A DNA stretch of 59,826 bases, counting the filler, from Bipalium vagum (Eukaryota), in assembly GCA_037834085.1 (NCBI GenBank). It is 3 parts of 3 records of this genome, joined end to end, with 100 filler letters (N's around TTAATTAATTAA, not from the genome) between each part and the next. Parts side by side here need not be neighbours in the genome. Positions count along the whole stretch, not along the records: positions 19,086 to 41,070 come from JBBMKC010228314.1; positions 41,171 to 59,826 come from JBBMKC010023346.1; 1 more part is not named here. The stretch is one strand, 5' to 3'. Shown here piece by piece: positions 37,385 through 51,100 of the stretch. The notes beneath the pieces are model-generated. The model ran no database searches. It worked only from the letters and a program-made list of their open reading frames with translations, and was not told the origin of the DNA. How positions within the stretch are numbered: the first letter of the stretch is position 1; the number at the start of each line of letters is the position of its first letter. Position numbers and translations under genes: made by a program.

Positions 37385-38700
37385 AAACTCATCGAAGTTA
37401 TTAAAATATAAAAACATATATGCTGCAATGTTTGAAGTGCTAAAATTTCTATCTTTTGTAAGAAGTTTTCTAAGCATAGAAAAGCTTCGTTTGACACTGG
37501 TAGATACTGATGGACATCCATTTAATAAGATTTATAAATGGGGATTTATCGATGGGTTATTGACTTTTGCTATTGTTTTTAAATTTGATGCAAGTAATCT
37601 TTGTCCAATATATTTCTTTGTTTCAACAGGATCATTGCAGAAATGTAATTCATTGATATATCTGTAAGTATATTTAATTGTCCTACATCTTGAATTGAGA
37701 ATCGGAATTATCTTTGTCAAATGGGAATATTGCGAACTGATATCATATAGATCTTTTGTTAAAGATAGCTTTTGAACAGCGGCACATGATCTTGTGGAAA
37801 TTATACCCTCAGTCAAGCATTTTTCGAGCACTATTCTTTTTACTTCAATTAAATTTTTAGAATAATATTCACACGCATCTAATCACATTCCCATCGCGTT
37901 GGAATAACAGTAGGTGGTTGCCCTATTTGAGCAAATTTACTACTGATAGTTTTGTTTTTAATCGTCAATGCTTTCACTCTGCATATTAGTTCATCAATCT
38001 CAGTGTAATATGATTTTATCCTCATAGCTGCATTTTGTATCAAATGAGCAGTACAAGTTACATGAAAAAGATATCTATATGATTCTTTTAATATAAAAGC
38101 AGCTTTAACCATATATATAGCTGCGTCGAATATTAGCAATTTAAAATCATCAACAATAATATCAATTTCAATAAGAATAACTATAATTATTCTTACAATA
38201 ATTCCAGAATTAGTCGAGCTTTCTAATATAATCGTTACAAATAAATAATGCTCAAATGGATTTTCCAATAAACCAATAATTACATTACAAATTTAATACT
38301 TTTTACTTCAGCTTCATCTATTATTAAAAATATTTTCTTTTGGGTAATTTAAAATTTAAACTAATTTTCCTCTTGATCGATAATAAGCAATCTAACTAAA
38401 AATTCGGATGGACTTGATTGCCCCAAAAACATAAATAAATCTATAAATGCGGGATGTCTCAGCTTTTTAAAGGAATATCGGCAGCTGGAAAAGATTCAGC
38501 AATTTTCATGGATAGAGGTGATGTAGGAACATTGATCTGTTGTTGAATTTTTTGAATTTTCATATCTTGTGCCAATTTTAAATGTTTTGACGTATTTAAA
38601 TGTTGCACTACTGATGATTTTCGATTGGCATTGAATTTGGGTTCAACTGACAGTGGGTATTAAATTCCAATCGAATTGCAAATCAAAATCAATTAAAAAG
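37385..38700 (-). mobile_element. hAT-superfamily transposase pseudogene of the CGGBP1-related type
   Basis: RKSSVVQHLNTSKH (BED-like Zn finger), AADIP..KLRHP, LLIFDAAIYMVKAA..LFHVTCTAHL..PPTVIPTRW, and the C-terminal dimerisation motif (SVSVKRSFSMLRKLLTKDRNF); frameshifted. Confidence 0.8.
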
Positions 38701-39669
38701 TGTCGGCCATTTCTAATTACATTTTGCATCCAAAAAATCAAAATCAAACCTCAAATCAAATTCAAAACATCTATTGATTGAACTAATATTTTTTTATTTG
38801 TTTCTTTTTTTAAATAAAATAAAACCGATGTCGCTCTTTTCTTTCATGGAATCGAAGGAGAAAATTTGACAATGTTTTTGTTTAGGTTATTTTCTAATGG
38901 GTTTTTATATTATGAATATACATGTCGTGTAATAAAAAATAGTTACCTGAAACTCTTTCTTTGGATTTTTCAGAGATTCCTAAACTCATGTTATTGGAAT
39001 TGTCAATGATTAAACCCATATTACCCCTGTTATGTTAGAAAAAACAAAACGCGAATTTTTTAAAAAGATAGATAAAATATTTTATTTAATAATTTAACCA
39101 AAAATTTTTTCTGGAAAAAATCAATAAAAATTTTTGCTGAAGTTCGATATCTCTGCATGTCTTTTTTCTAGGTTAATTTAAAATTTTTAAATTTAACATT
39201 TTTTATGTTATACAATTATTTTAGAATCCAGACTTACAGAGTGATTTTTTTCAATATCGAAGCGTTTTATAGGAGTGCAGTGACCTTAATGGCGACCACT
39301 TTCGTTAAATTTAATTAACACACTTTATAGTTAAAAAAGTAAAAATAAAAATTTATATTAATTTGAGATAAAATTAATAAAACCAAAAAAATGAGATACG
39401 GAATTAGCACACAATCTGCTAATCTATAAAACGATTTCTTTGTTTTCCATTATGGAAAATGTTTACTTTAGATGAAATAAAATATTTTAATTTTTTCCGA
39501 TATTTATGTTATTTATTTATTTAAGATTAATGTAATAAAAAATTTTTTTTGTGGAAAATAATTTAACATAAAAATTTATTTAAAAAAATGTTAGATATCT
39601 ATGTAATATATGTAATTGTTTTATTATATTATTTTAAATAATTATAATATTTAAAGTATTTCAATTACA

Positions 39670-40633
39670 CAGTAGAACCTCGCTATAACGACTACGTTAT
39701 AACGTTGCGCGCACTATAACGACTGTGGAAATAATACCATAAATTTTTACACTGATTTTTCAGGTGAGGAAGTTGCTTATAGCGATTATTGTTATAACGA
39801 ATTCCTCTTTATAACGACGATATAGTCGAGAAAAGTCGTTATAAATTTTTTGAAATGTGTTTAAATTTGATGTTGCATTCACAATTTTTGAACTTTGTAA
39901 TTTTTCGATTAAATATGAATTAAAATAAAATACAATAAATTAAACTGTTGTGAAATTTCTTGGACGCTGTAACAATGTGTTCTGCATCTTGGTTTCAAGT
40001 ACAGCAATCGATTATATCAAATTTCTGGTCACGGTGTGGGTTTAAACAAAAACTGGAATTGTAGATAATTTATACCCTAACACTGACGAAATATTAGTAA
40101 ATGCTATCGCATGGAATTCGATGCATCATGATGACAACATTAATTTTAATGATTTTGTTGACATGTACATGTACAAGGGAAACCTGTGCACAAGTGCATG
40201 ACCAAGAGATTCTTAATCAAGTAAATAACTCATAGAAAGGCATGAATGAAAATAGTAAAAGTGATGATAATATGCCTTCAGAATCTAACAAAATAATAGT
40301 ATCATCATGCGTGGGTGTTGAAATGGCTGAGAAGCTTCAACAATTTTTGCTATCTCTAGCTACTGTTCCTTCCCAAGCTTTACCCGGCATTGATAATGTG
40401 TTGGAGTATCTGCTAACAAGTAGATCTGATAAATTGGTTAAAGATCTATTACTGATTATTTTAAATAAATGTTTATTTGTTTGTTATTAAATAATTTAAA
40501 TGCTATGTACAAATTTTATAAACTATGAAGCGAATAATTCATATTTTTATGTATAGTTCGATTATAATGACAACATCGATATAACGAGGATTTCGGCTGG
40601 TCCCTTGAAAATCGTTATAGCGAGGTTCTACTG
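39670..40633 (+). mobile_element. Internally deleted Tigger/pogo element with perfect 22-bp TIRs
   Basis: Left end CAGTAGAACCTCGCTATAACGA, right end TCGTTATAGCGAGGTTCTACTG followed by TA; repeated subterminal TATAACGA; Tigger C-terminal remnant FLDAVTMCSASWFQVQQSIISNFWSRCGF. Confidence 0.92.
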
Positions 40634-40669
40634 TATTAATTTTTAATATAATTTGTAAAATTTTTAAAA

Positions 40670-41065
40670 ATGTCTAATTTAGCTTTTTTTAGGAACCAGA
40701 AGGAATTTAAGGAATTAATAAAATCACCAGAAACTCTCAATAGTCAATTAAAAGTTAATTCTATGAATAATAATGCTGTCATTAAGAACAGTATTGCTAT
40801 CGTTTCCGGCTCTTTTAGCTTCTCTTGAGTCTGATGATCCCCAGGATGCAATGGTTGCCACTCAATAAGCAGATGGGTTTTAACGAAGATGAAATCATAA
40901 GTGCTCTTTCCATGAAAAATTTGAACATCAAAGAAGAAACAGAAAATTAATTGAAATAATCAAAGTCTTTGGTGTTAAGAATTGCAATTTGGAAATACCA
41001 GGTTGAGTCAAAAGTCATTAGCGTTTTTATTCAATATATTCAATTACAAGAATAACAAAAAAAAA
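40670..41065 (+). pseudogene. UBE2K: Intronless, internally deleted UBE2K pseudogene
   Basis: MSNLAFFRNQKEFKELIKSPETLNSQLKV / LRTVLLSFPALLASLESDDPQDAMVATQ* / QMGFNEDEIISALSMKNLNI, corresponding to the UBE2K N-terminus, the LRTVLLSLQALL..DDPQDAVVA motif and the UBA domain. The catalytic-Cys region is deleted; A-run at 41057-41065. Confidence 0.88.
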
Positions 41066-41070
41066 TCACA

Positions 41071-41170
41071 NNNNNNNNNNNNNNNNNNNNNNNNNNNNNN
41101 NNNNNNNNNNNNNNTTAATTAATTAANNNNNNNNNNNNNNNNNNNNNNNNNNNNNNNNNNNNNNNNNNNN
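41071..41170. other. Artificial assembly spacer N44-TTAATTAATTAA-N44
   Basis: Identical 100-bp construct at 18986-19085; the 12-mer gives stops in all six frames. Confidence 0.95.
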
Positions 41171-41299
41171 ATAAAATCCTTCGTTTTTACTAAAAAGTTT
41201 TACGTCTTTTTATTTTGTCCAGATTTATAGGCGTCAGATGTTATATTCGAGTGACAGTTATCTAACAAGAAACACGTTTGGAAAACACTGGGTGGTCAC

Positions 41300-42700
41300 C
41301 AACAGTTTAATATAACTGTTGCCACCAACCTTTTTAATATAATGAATTAAAGTTTTCACCAGCAAATTATTTTAAATATTTTTATCATTTTCATCTAATG
41401 ATTTAGCTGGTCCATACATGGAATATAAAGGAAATCGTAATCAATCTACAAATTTAAATGTTTTATATAAATAAATGAAATATATTTTTCATCTGTTTTT
41501 AGATTTAGAATTTTTTAGGTCAAATAAATTATTTAGATTAGAATTTTATTTATCTAAATATATTTTCCTAAATCCTTTATTATCAAATGAAGCCATTTAA
41601 GAAAGAAATGAAGAACCATTATGATAAATATCGGTACAAAGTTTGAATAACTAGCTAGCAGATTACATTTTGAATGAGCAGGCCTTCTATAGCTTCCATA
41701 ATAACGATTATGACCTATCACATTTTAGAAATTTTATTTGACAAAAATGAAAAATATTTTTTCTTCATATGATAATTTTTATGGAACATTTCATTTTAAA
41801 ATATTTTCAAAAATGATTTATATTTTAAAAGACACCTACAAAATGCTTTTATCCAATTTTCTTCTGTAAATAAAATTTTTGTGTTCGTAATAAATCAGGA
41901 TAATCAAAAATTATTTAAAAATTAATACAATTTGGTTTTGTTGAAATTTAATATTGGCATTTGTAAATATTTTATCATATAAATTTTGATTTATATTTTT
42001 TACATAATTTTTTCCAATTATCCAATCCAATTTTAAATTAGAATAAATACCAATAGTCCAACAAGACTTTTTAAATCTCTGTCATATATTTTCCAGTTCT
42101 GTCTAATTTTTAAATAATATTTTCTATTTATGTTTAAATATTCTTTATTCTTAATATTATTATTAAAAACACTCTATTATTAAAAAATATATAACTTTTT
42201 TTTACTTTTATATTTTTGTATTTTTTTAAGAAAAAATTTTTTTATGTAGTAAAAAAAACCAGCAAACCAGTCTTTAGGGGAAAAGAAACATCTTTATAAT
42301 TATTTTTTAGAGTGTTAGCGAAAACTAAAGTTTGGTTTTCTCTATAACATTTATGAGTTTGGTTAAATTAATACCGGTATTATATATCCGGAAATGATCC
42401 AGAAAAAACAGATAGTGGAAAAGCCTCAATGATGCGTATATGATTTAATTGGCTCAAATAAGCATTATTATGAAAACACGTCAAATAAACCAATTGGAAA
42501 GTTCTTCGATCTACATTCTCTAGACAGTTTTCTATGTTTTCCACTTGCTCTCTAACCAAATGAAAGCTATTAATTTTGAGAAGGATAGAACCTTTAAAAT
42601 TGGTTGTTTAATTTCTTTCTTAATAATAATAGATCTAGTCATTTCTGGAATAAAGGTTTTGACAACCTGGTGGGAAATTAGGAAAATATTCTAAAAACAT
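41300..42700 (-). mobile_element. Polinton/Maverick-type pPolB relic 2, with an endonuclease VII-like insert
   Basis: Minus strand VIGHNRYYGSYRRPAHSKCNL..FVPIF (~41625-41720) resembles DHCHxTGxYRGxAHxxCNL..IPVxFHN; downstream KFVD*LRF..SM...AKSL (~41400-41455) resembles FxDSxxFxxxSLxxL. Boundaries are approximate. Confidence 0.6.
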
Positions 42701-44566
42701 AAAAGATTGATTTTTTCTTTTTTTAAAGTTAAATGCTGTATTATAAATATATATATACTTATAAATATATATTATTGAAGAACTATAATTTATAATGACA
42801 GAGATTTAAAATTTCGTTGGTATTTAAAGTTTGTCAGAATAGATTCAATTGGATAAATATATTTCTGAAGTAATTAAATTGATTGATTTAATAACAAAGA
42901 CTGATTAGAGCTATATTTCATTAACTTATTGGAAGATTCATTACGAATTTCATCAGGCTTAGATTGACCTTCGAATGAATAAAAAATAAAAACTATAAAA
43001 CATTACGAAAATTATGAAAAAAGGTTAACATATGAAATTTTAGAAAATGATATTATCCAATATTAATAAAAATATTTAACAAGATTTTTCACTAATTTTA
43101 TTTTTTTTAACACAATAAAAACCTTTGTCGAAATTCAATGAATCTACCAATTCTACATAAATATTTTTATTATGAAAATATTAAATATGTAAATAGTTTA
43201 AATGGGGCACAATTTTTTTTGAAATTGAAAATTAATGGAAATGAGGAGTAAAAAAATATTGTGAATCTTTTCCGTTAGTTCCAGTTAAATAAAAATGTTG
43301 AAGATGAAGAATTATCTGATTTTCAAAAACGTTACTTAGAAATGAATAATCAAACAAATTCAAAAATTTTCAAAGTAATTTCAGATTTGTAACCTAAAAA
43401 GTATTATGTTCCATGACAATTACCACGACAATTTTAGTTGAGATTTGACAATAATAAAAGTAATATTTAAAACAAATACCACAGCTTAATATTACATATA
43501 TCTAAATGAAATATTATTCAAATATTTGAATATATTATTTAAGATATTAAAAAATAGTTATTTTTTATATTTGTTATGTGAACCTACAATGTGCCACATT
43601 TATTATTATGTATATATCATTTATCAATGTTTTACTTTTACAAGAAGAAATATTATTTCTATCAGTTTTATGTTAATTTAATTAAAGCATATTTCGAACA
43701 ATTTGATAATATATTATTTTTTAATAAAAGGGAGTCTAATTATAACAAGTATTCATATTACAATCTATTTAATTTGGGGAAATATTTGATCAATTTTGAT
43801 TTTGAAACATTAATTAATTTAATAAAAATTAATCAAAAATTATTTATAATTAATTAAAGACTGGAAACTAAAAAAACTTTAATTACGATGAATTTTTTAT
43901 AAATTATCTAATATTTCTTTGATAATTTTCTATTTTTATTTCACAAAGTTTTGATGTAGAGTTCGTTCTACTTAAATTCTTTTAAAAAAATCTTTTAAAA
44001 ATAATTTATTATTATTATAATTTATTATTTTTTTTATCTATTCTAAATTTTAAATGTTACTTTCTAAAATCTGTATTAATATTTTGTGTAAATTAATTTT
44101 AATAATAATAATTGAAGAGTCACAATAATCTCATAATAACATATGGAATGTTTTTTTCATATAGACTTTTATGTATAAATATAATTGTCAAAATCCATAT
44201 TAAAATGCAATAAAGGAAATTAATATATTTTTGAATGAGTATATAAATTTCAATCAAAAAGGAATGATCACAGCAATAGTAACAGTAACAGTCTTGGCTT
44301 TCGTAATAATAATTTCCAGCTGATAGGGATTTACCTTTAAAATTATTAATTTATTATATTTTATTATAACTACAAAAAAGTGACTGTTTACTTTATTATT
44401 GTTATTATCTTTATTTTTTATCAATTTTTTGATTTTTTAATGTATTTTACTCAAGAACCAAAGGTGAATATTCTAAAAATAGCAACAGATTATTTTTTAT
44501 GTAACACATGGAATTTTACATATTTTTTTATTTATTTCTTACTTATAAATTATTTATTCAGTTAAT

Positions 44567-45043
44567 ATGGATCGATGGATTTGTCCGAATGACCGTCAGT
44601 TGGCTCTTCGAGCAAAGTAGGTTTACTGTAAAATGTTATTATAATTATAATGAATATATTATCAAAAATAAATCAAGTAAAATAAAATTGAGAAATTTAT
44701 TAATTATTCACAATACAATAATTAATTATTTTTCACAATAATAAATCGAATTATCGAGGCAGTGTCGATGGCAGTCACATTTATTATTATTTTCGTTATC
44801 ATGTAAAAATTATCAAATGAAATATGTTTATATTTATGATGATTTTCTGAAGTTCTTTTCGTGATTTGTTTATCATAATACTTGACATTACAAAAAACTC
44901 ACGCAAAAATCTCATCTGAAAACACAATGATAAATTTAATAATATTAAGAGAGAGAAAAACAAAATCAGAGAAGGAGAACTTGTTCATTTTACTGCCATT
45001 TATAAAAAAAGAACTGGAGTTCCCAATGAATACAATGGAAAGT

Positions 45044-45106
<63 letters not shown>

Positions 45107-48100
45107 TATAAAATAAAAATAATAATAATAAAAAAAAAATAATAATGAAAAAAAAATACTTTCAATTTTTAAAAAATATTATTATCATAATTATTAATAT
45201 TAAAATTATTATTATTGTCTATTGCTTTGAATTAGATATCATTAACAATTTATTTTATTGTTAATAAGGCTTGAAAGACATATTTTATGGCTTCATTATT
45301 ACATAAAGTGTTTAAGTCAGAAATTGTGACGGAGTTTTTCTGTAGAAAAATTGCACTGGAGCCAATCTACTTTTAAGCGTTGCTGACTACAAAGAATAAG
45401 TCAAACAGGTTTTTGTAATCAAAGTTAGATATGAAATCAGAAATAGAATTAATATAAAAAAATATATAATTTATTTACATTGTTTTTTATTATTATTTTT
45501 CAAAAAAAAATTATTTTACTGTTTAAAAAGTAATAAAAATAAAAAAAAATTTTAAATATTAAAAAAAATTTAATGATTTAATTATTTTTCAGACAACCCC
45601 TATTATTTTATATTTTTTTAACTTAAATTTAATTAATAAATAAATAAATTTAATTATTTAAGAGACTGGAAAGAATTTACAAAAGGTGTGTTATTTTCAC
45701 AATTTATAAAAATACCGTTTCCAAGAATTAATCTTTTTATTATTTTTTCTTTCAAAAAAGGAAAATAATATTTTAAAGAATACTTACTTAAACAATAACA
45801 AATCCTTACGACGGAAAATTTATAACTGAACAATTAACTTGTTTCATTTTAATTAAATCAACCATGATTAGTGAAATTATTAATTAAAGATAATTTAAAT
45901 TATGTAAATAAAATAAAATAAAAATAATAAATAAAAGTGCTTTTGATTACATTACAATGTTTATTAATTTTTAAAATTAAATTATCTATCGCAGCATTTT
46001 GTTATAAAATTTTATTATTTTACATTTCGTAATTTTTTTTAAATTATGAGAAAATTTTATTAATTTTATTTAGGTGATTAATTTAATTTAAAGCTGTCAA
46101 TGAAATTATTGTTATTTTTAAGAACAGTCAGTTGAAGTTGGCAGTTTTGGATAAAAGGAAATAATAATTTTTCGTTTCAAAAATTATTATAATACATTTA
46201 AAATACTTACTTTATTAAAACAGTAATTAAAATTTTATATTATTCTTAATTATTATTATCATACTCAGGTTTAAGAAACCAAAAATACAGTAGTCCTCAA
46301 TTTCACTCTATTCTACAGTTAAATATGATAAATATAAAATATATGAAAGAAAAGAAGTGTTTTAAAAGTTTTTAAAATAAGTAATAAAACAATAAATAAA
46401 TAATTTTTAAATCCATCTTTCTTGTAACAGTTATGTCTGCTTTTCAAATAATAATCAATATTGTCTTCAGAAAACAGAAATACCTAGTAACCTTCCCTAT
46501 ATTTTAATATTATATACATGTATCATAAGTGTTAGGCAGGTAAAATGTATTACGAAAAATAAAAAAATAAAATGTTTTATTTTTCTGTTATTTATTAAAA
46601 TTTCAATATAATTTTATTTTAATATTCTAAAATGATTTTAATATACACGTTTTGTTATATAAGTAACCAAATTTTTAATTTAAATCATGTAATAAAAGTT
46701 ATATTTGTTTAAACTATTCTTTAATTTAAAATTACATCATTAATCTTTGAAAATCATTAACATTTATTTTATTCTGATAACAGGTTTGAATTCTATTTGC
46801 CTTTAAGTAAAGGTATAAATCATTCTTATGTCGTAAATGTACAATGGAAAGAAGAACAAATTAAATTTTCTTTTAAAATCGGAAAAACATTTACAGAGAC
46901 TTATGAATTGCTGCAAAAAATTTATACTGATGAAAAATTTATGTCTTGTACACAAGTTTATACAAAGCTTACACGATTCAAAAATGACCGTAATGATTTA
47001 AATCATAATTGACTTCCAGTTGCTGGGATTCTTCCACATTTGGTGGAAAAAGTATGTGATATAAATAATTGCGTCTGATGGAAAAATGATTGTGAGAATG
47101 TTAGCAGAAGAAATTTAAGCAAAAATTTATTTATTATAAAAGAGCATCTTTCGAGGTGGATCTGCATTTTCATCATCTTCCTCTTGCCTTTTTTGTATTT
47201 TTCATTTTTTATTTGGATTGATTTTTCCATGTCCGCTCATCTTCTTAAGTACTCTAAAAATCAATCAATGAGAGGAGGCAGCGAAGAAGTAAGAAGAAAA
47301 GAGGAGTGAGACAGATTATTTTATATATATAATATAAAATAAATATAAGATTATTATAAGGATTACAGATATAATAAGTGTAGATACTTATAGGGATAGT
47401 GTGAGAAATAAAGAACGAAATAGAGAGACTTACATACAAAAGATATGGTGTGAACAAGAAATAGTTATTAATAATCATTAAAGTATTTTAATTTTATATT
47501 TTCAGTTATTCAAAATTAGTTAACGTAGATACTCGAATATAAGTCGATCTCGTGTATAACTCAAGGGGGAAAAATTGGAAATTCTGTGAAAAACCGTATG
47601 ACTCTTATATAAGTCGAGGTAAAAATATATGTCTGGGCAGTTTCCTCTTTCGTACATTTGAAAATAACATAAAATAACAAGGAAAAATTGTCAATCTTTT
47701 GATACTTTATTGCAAAATATTCGTGATAATATTTATATATTTTATTTACAAACATGGCATCATAGGTAACATTTATTCAAAACCACAAAATTCGGAATCC
47801 AAGTCTGATTGAAGAAGTTGAAATGCCTGCTCATTAGTCATATGGTCTGAATAGAAGTCGTCATCATCAAATTTTATAGAAAAAAAACTGCGACTTATAT
47901 TCGAGTATCTACGGTATGAACAAAACGTGATACATTGCATAAATACAGCCATTACATTGGTTAAAATTGCTATGACTCTTATATAATTCAACCCTATTTT
48001 TTCATCAAATTTTATAGAAAAAAACCTCGACTTATATTCGATTATCTACGGTATATTTTCCTTGTAAACGTAGATTAAGTATAAATTATATGATCGATAG

Positions 48101-51100
48101 ATTGATTTTTAATTCATAGATTAGATAAAGTACTAATTTGCCTTTAAGTTGCTGATATAGTAGATGATACACGTGTCTTTAAGAGTTGGACAATTTGACG
48201 AAAGATTTGCGTAAAAGAAAGGTGTGTGCCAAATTATTTTCACGTGCATTAAAAAAAAGACAAAAAAATCAGCTCGTGTTGAATGTTGTAAAATCTCCTT
48301 GTAATTTTTTTTGAAATAAATTTTACAAACCTAACACATAAACACACGAGTATATTCTCAAAAATTAAAGCGACGTGAGTGACTTTTCGCATATTACGAA
48401 CTATCGTTTCAATACTGAAAAATTCTGAATTTATTACAAAACTTCTTTAAAAAATCAAATCAGATAAAATTAGTCTTTACAAAAAAGATTTTTTGAAAAA
48501 CATTTCTTGTGTAAAGAAATGATTCACAAAACATTTTTATCGCTGTAATAAAATTTTATTTCAAATTTACCTTCAAAAGGTCCAAATTCCGCTTATAATA
48601 CAATACCAGGGGGAAATTTTGGACTAATAAACATAATGTCATTCTACGTGTCCAAATTCGGGAAAAATGTCAAAAGTCGATATTAGAGTCTTAAAGAGGC
48701 CTTTGAATCAAGACGGATGACTGAAATCGTCGAAAAGAACAATATATTCTATTGAAATTTACTTTTGATTGTTAATTAAATATTAATTAATCTCTGTGAA
48801 AAGAAATGGTTAATTGACAGTCATAATGGACAAAAAAGCCAAATTCGTTTTAATATTTCACTCATTTTCAAGATTATTTATAAACTTATTTGGAGATTCA
48901 TAAGAAATAAAAAATCTCCCACTCTTTTCACATCCTCGATTTCTGGTATACTAAATTTATGGTTTCTTGATTCTCTTTATAAATATTATCCTTTCATATG
49001 CTATTAAAATAAAGTGGGTTTTCTGTATAAGCAACCACATCGAACCAACACATTTCCATCTACCACAGGATTAGCAACATTTCTTCATGCTTCTGTTCCA
49101 ATCATTTTTACGACAAATAAGTAGTAAAAAAAATTCTTTCGGTGGATTCTATACGAGTTAACGGAAATCCATATGCAAAGGGTTATCAATTCATGTATTT
49201 TTTGGTCTATTGGAATACAGATGATCCATTTTTGCATCCTACTGTTACGTGGGATAAAAAGCGTATTCTATACGAGAACAGTAAGCGGTCTGCTTAGTAG
49301 TTAGATGCAGATGAACATCGTGGATTGGAGACAGATGTCTAATGCTTTCAATTGAAAGAATTGATGAAGTATTTTGCAAAAAACATCCGAAATTTGCCAA
49401 TAAAAATATACGAATACTCTTTCAAATAATGCCAGTCTGAAAAGCAAACTCTATTAAAAAGAAATGGAGGTGGCTTTGGAAACCATTGATCATCGGTTTT
49501 ATTTCTTCGATCTTCAATCTCATGATTAGCTTTACAAGAAAAACAATTTCGACTCCAATAGGTTGTCAAAATTGTCTTTATAAAATTAATTTCTTTTGTT
49601 AAACCAGGGTTCTTTGATAAAGGAACCACCGACAAGATGGCACTTACTTTGATTAATTTCAGTTCTTACTTGGTAAAGATTTTACGCATGAAAGTTTGGT
49701 ATTAAGTTTACATTTCAAACTTCATGACTTTAATATTAAACCCATAGGTCATTACTATAATAAAATTCTTTGGTATATTAAAATGTTTAGCAATTACCTT
49801 CAGTCATATACAGTAGGTCCAAAAAGTTCCGGAACTTTTTTTATAAAAACCAAAAATAATAACACAAAATAAAATTTATTTTTTAATTTTCAACATATAA
49901 TCCTCTTTCTCTATACATGTCTGACATCGTCATACAACCTCTGGAAGTCTTCAAGGTACTTTTCTTTTTGAATCAATTTCAAAAGTCGTTACATTTTCTT
50001 GAATTGTCTGAATTTTATCAAAATATTTCCCCTTGAGAGCTGCTTCCATCTTTGGAAAAAGAAAATAGTCTGCCGGAGTTAGATCAGAGGTGAATATATG
50101 CAGGTGCATTGTCATGCAAAAGGAATCATTCACATAATCCGGTCTAACTCTTCAAATTCTGTTCAAAAGTCGATTCAGAACCTCTTGAAAAATGCTCCAG
50201 TTACCGTTTGACATTGCGGAACAAATTCACGATGGATAATTCCCCGCGAATCAAAAAATACGATTAGCATTGTTTTAATTTTCGACTTCGTCGCTCTGAT
50301 TTTTGTCGGTCTTCTTTCATTCTTTCCAAGCCATTCGACTGTTTGGCGTTTTGTTGATGGATCATACTAGAAGCACCATGTTACATCGCCTGTAACGATG
50401 TTATTTATACAATTTGAATTGCGGTCGGCACATTGAAGAAAATAATGCGAAGCTTTTACACGCTGCAACTTTTGATCTGACATCAAAAAATGTGGAACGA
50501 ATTTTCCACACAATTTTCGTTTTCCAAGAAAGTCATGCACGATAGTGTGAGCACTTCCAACGCTTAAATTGACATCTTCCGATAAAATTTTAAGGCTAAT
50601 TTCTGTGGTTTCCTGCCATTACAGTTAAAACTAAATCTACATTCTTTTCATTGATACTCGTGGTGGGATGGCCCTGTCTCTTATTATCCTTCAGTGATTT
50701 ACGGCCATTCTTGAATATTGAAAACCATTCAAACACCTTGCTGTGACTCATGCAATCTTTTTCATATGCTATTGTATGAATTTAAATGTTGCTGTTTTCT
50801 CACATTTAAAATTAAATTTGATTGCTGCTCTTTGCTCCATTTCTTAGAATTACAATTATTAACAATTCAAATTATTTCATTGCTAAAGTTGATGATAAAT
50901 TAGGATTGATATAGTCAATCAATAACTTAAGTGAATGACATGAAATTCATATGGCATTCAAACTCTGCTTTAACTATTCCTAACCTTATATTTCAAATTT
51001 AAAGTTTTTAACTCTAATTTTTCAGCGCTGTCCCGGAACGTTTTGAACCTACTGTGTATAACTCAATTATTCTTTATGAAAAATTAATTTAATAAGAATT

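Noticed and set aside
40242-40490. 82-aa ORF as a host gene
   Set aside because: Lies within the Tigger TIRs and is best read as the transposase C-terminal remnant.
44882-45165. ORFs with poly-Ile or poly-Leu runs (also 18757-18984 and 19030-19251)
   Set aside because: Translations of (AAT)n microsatellites.
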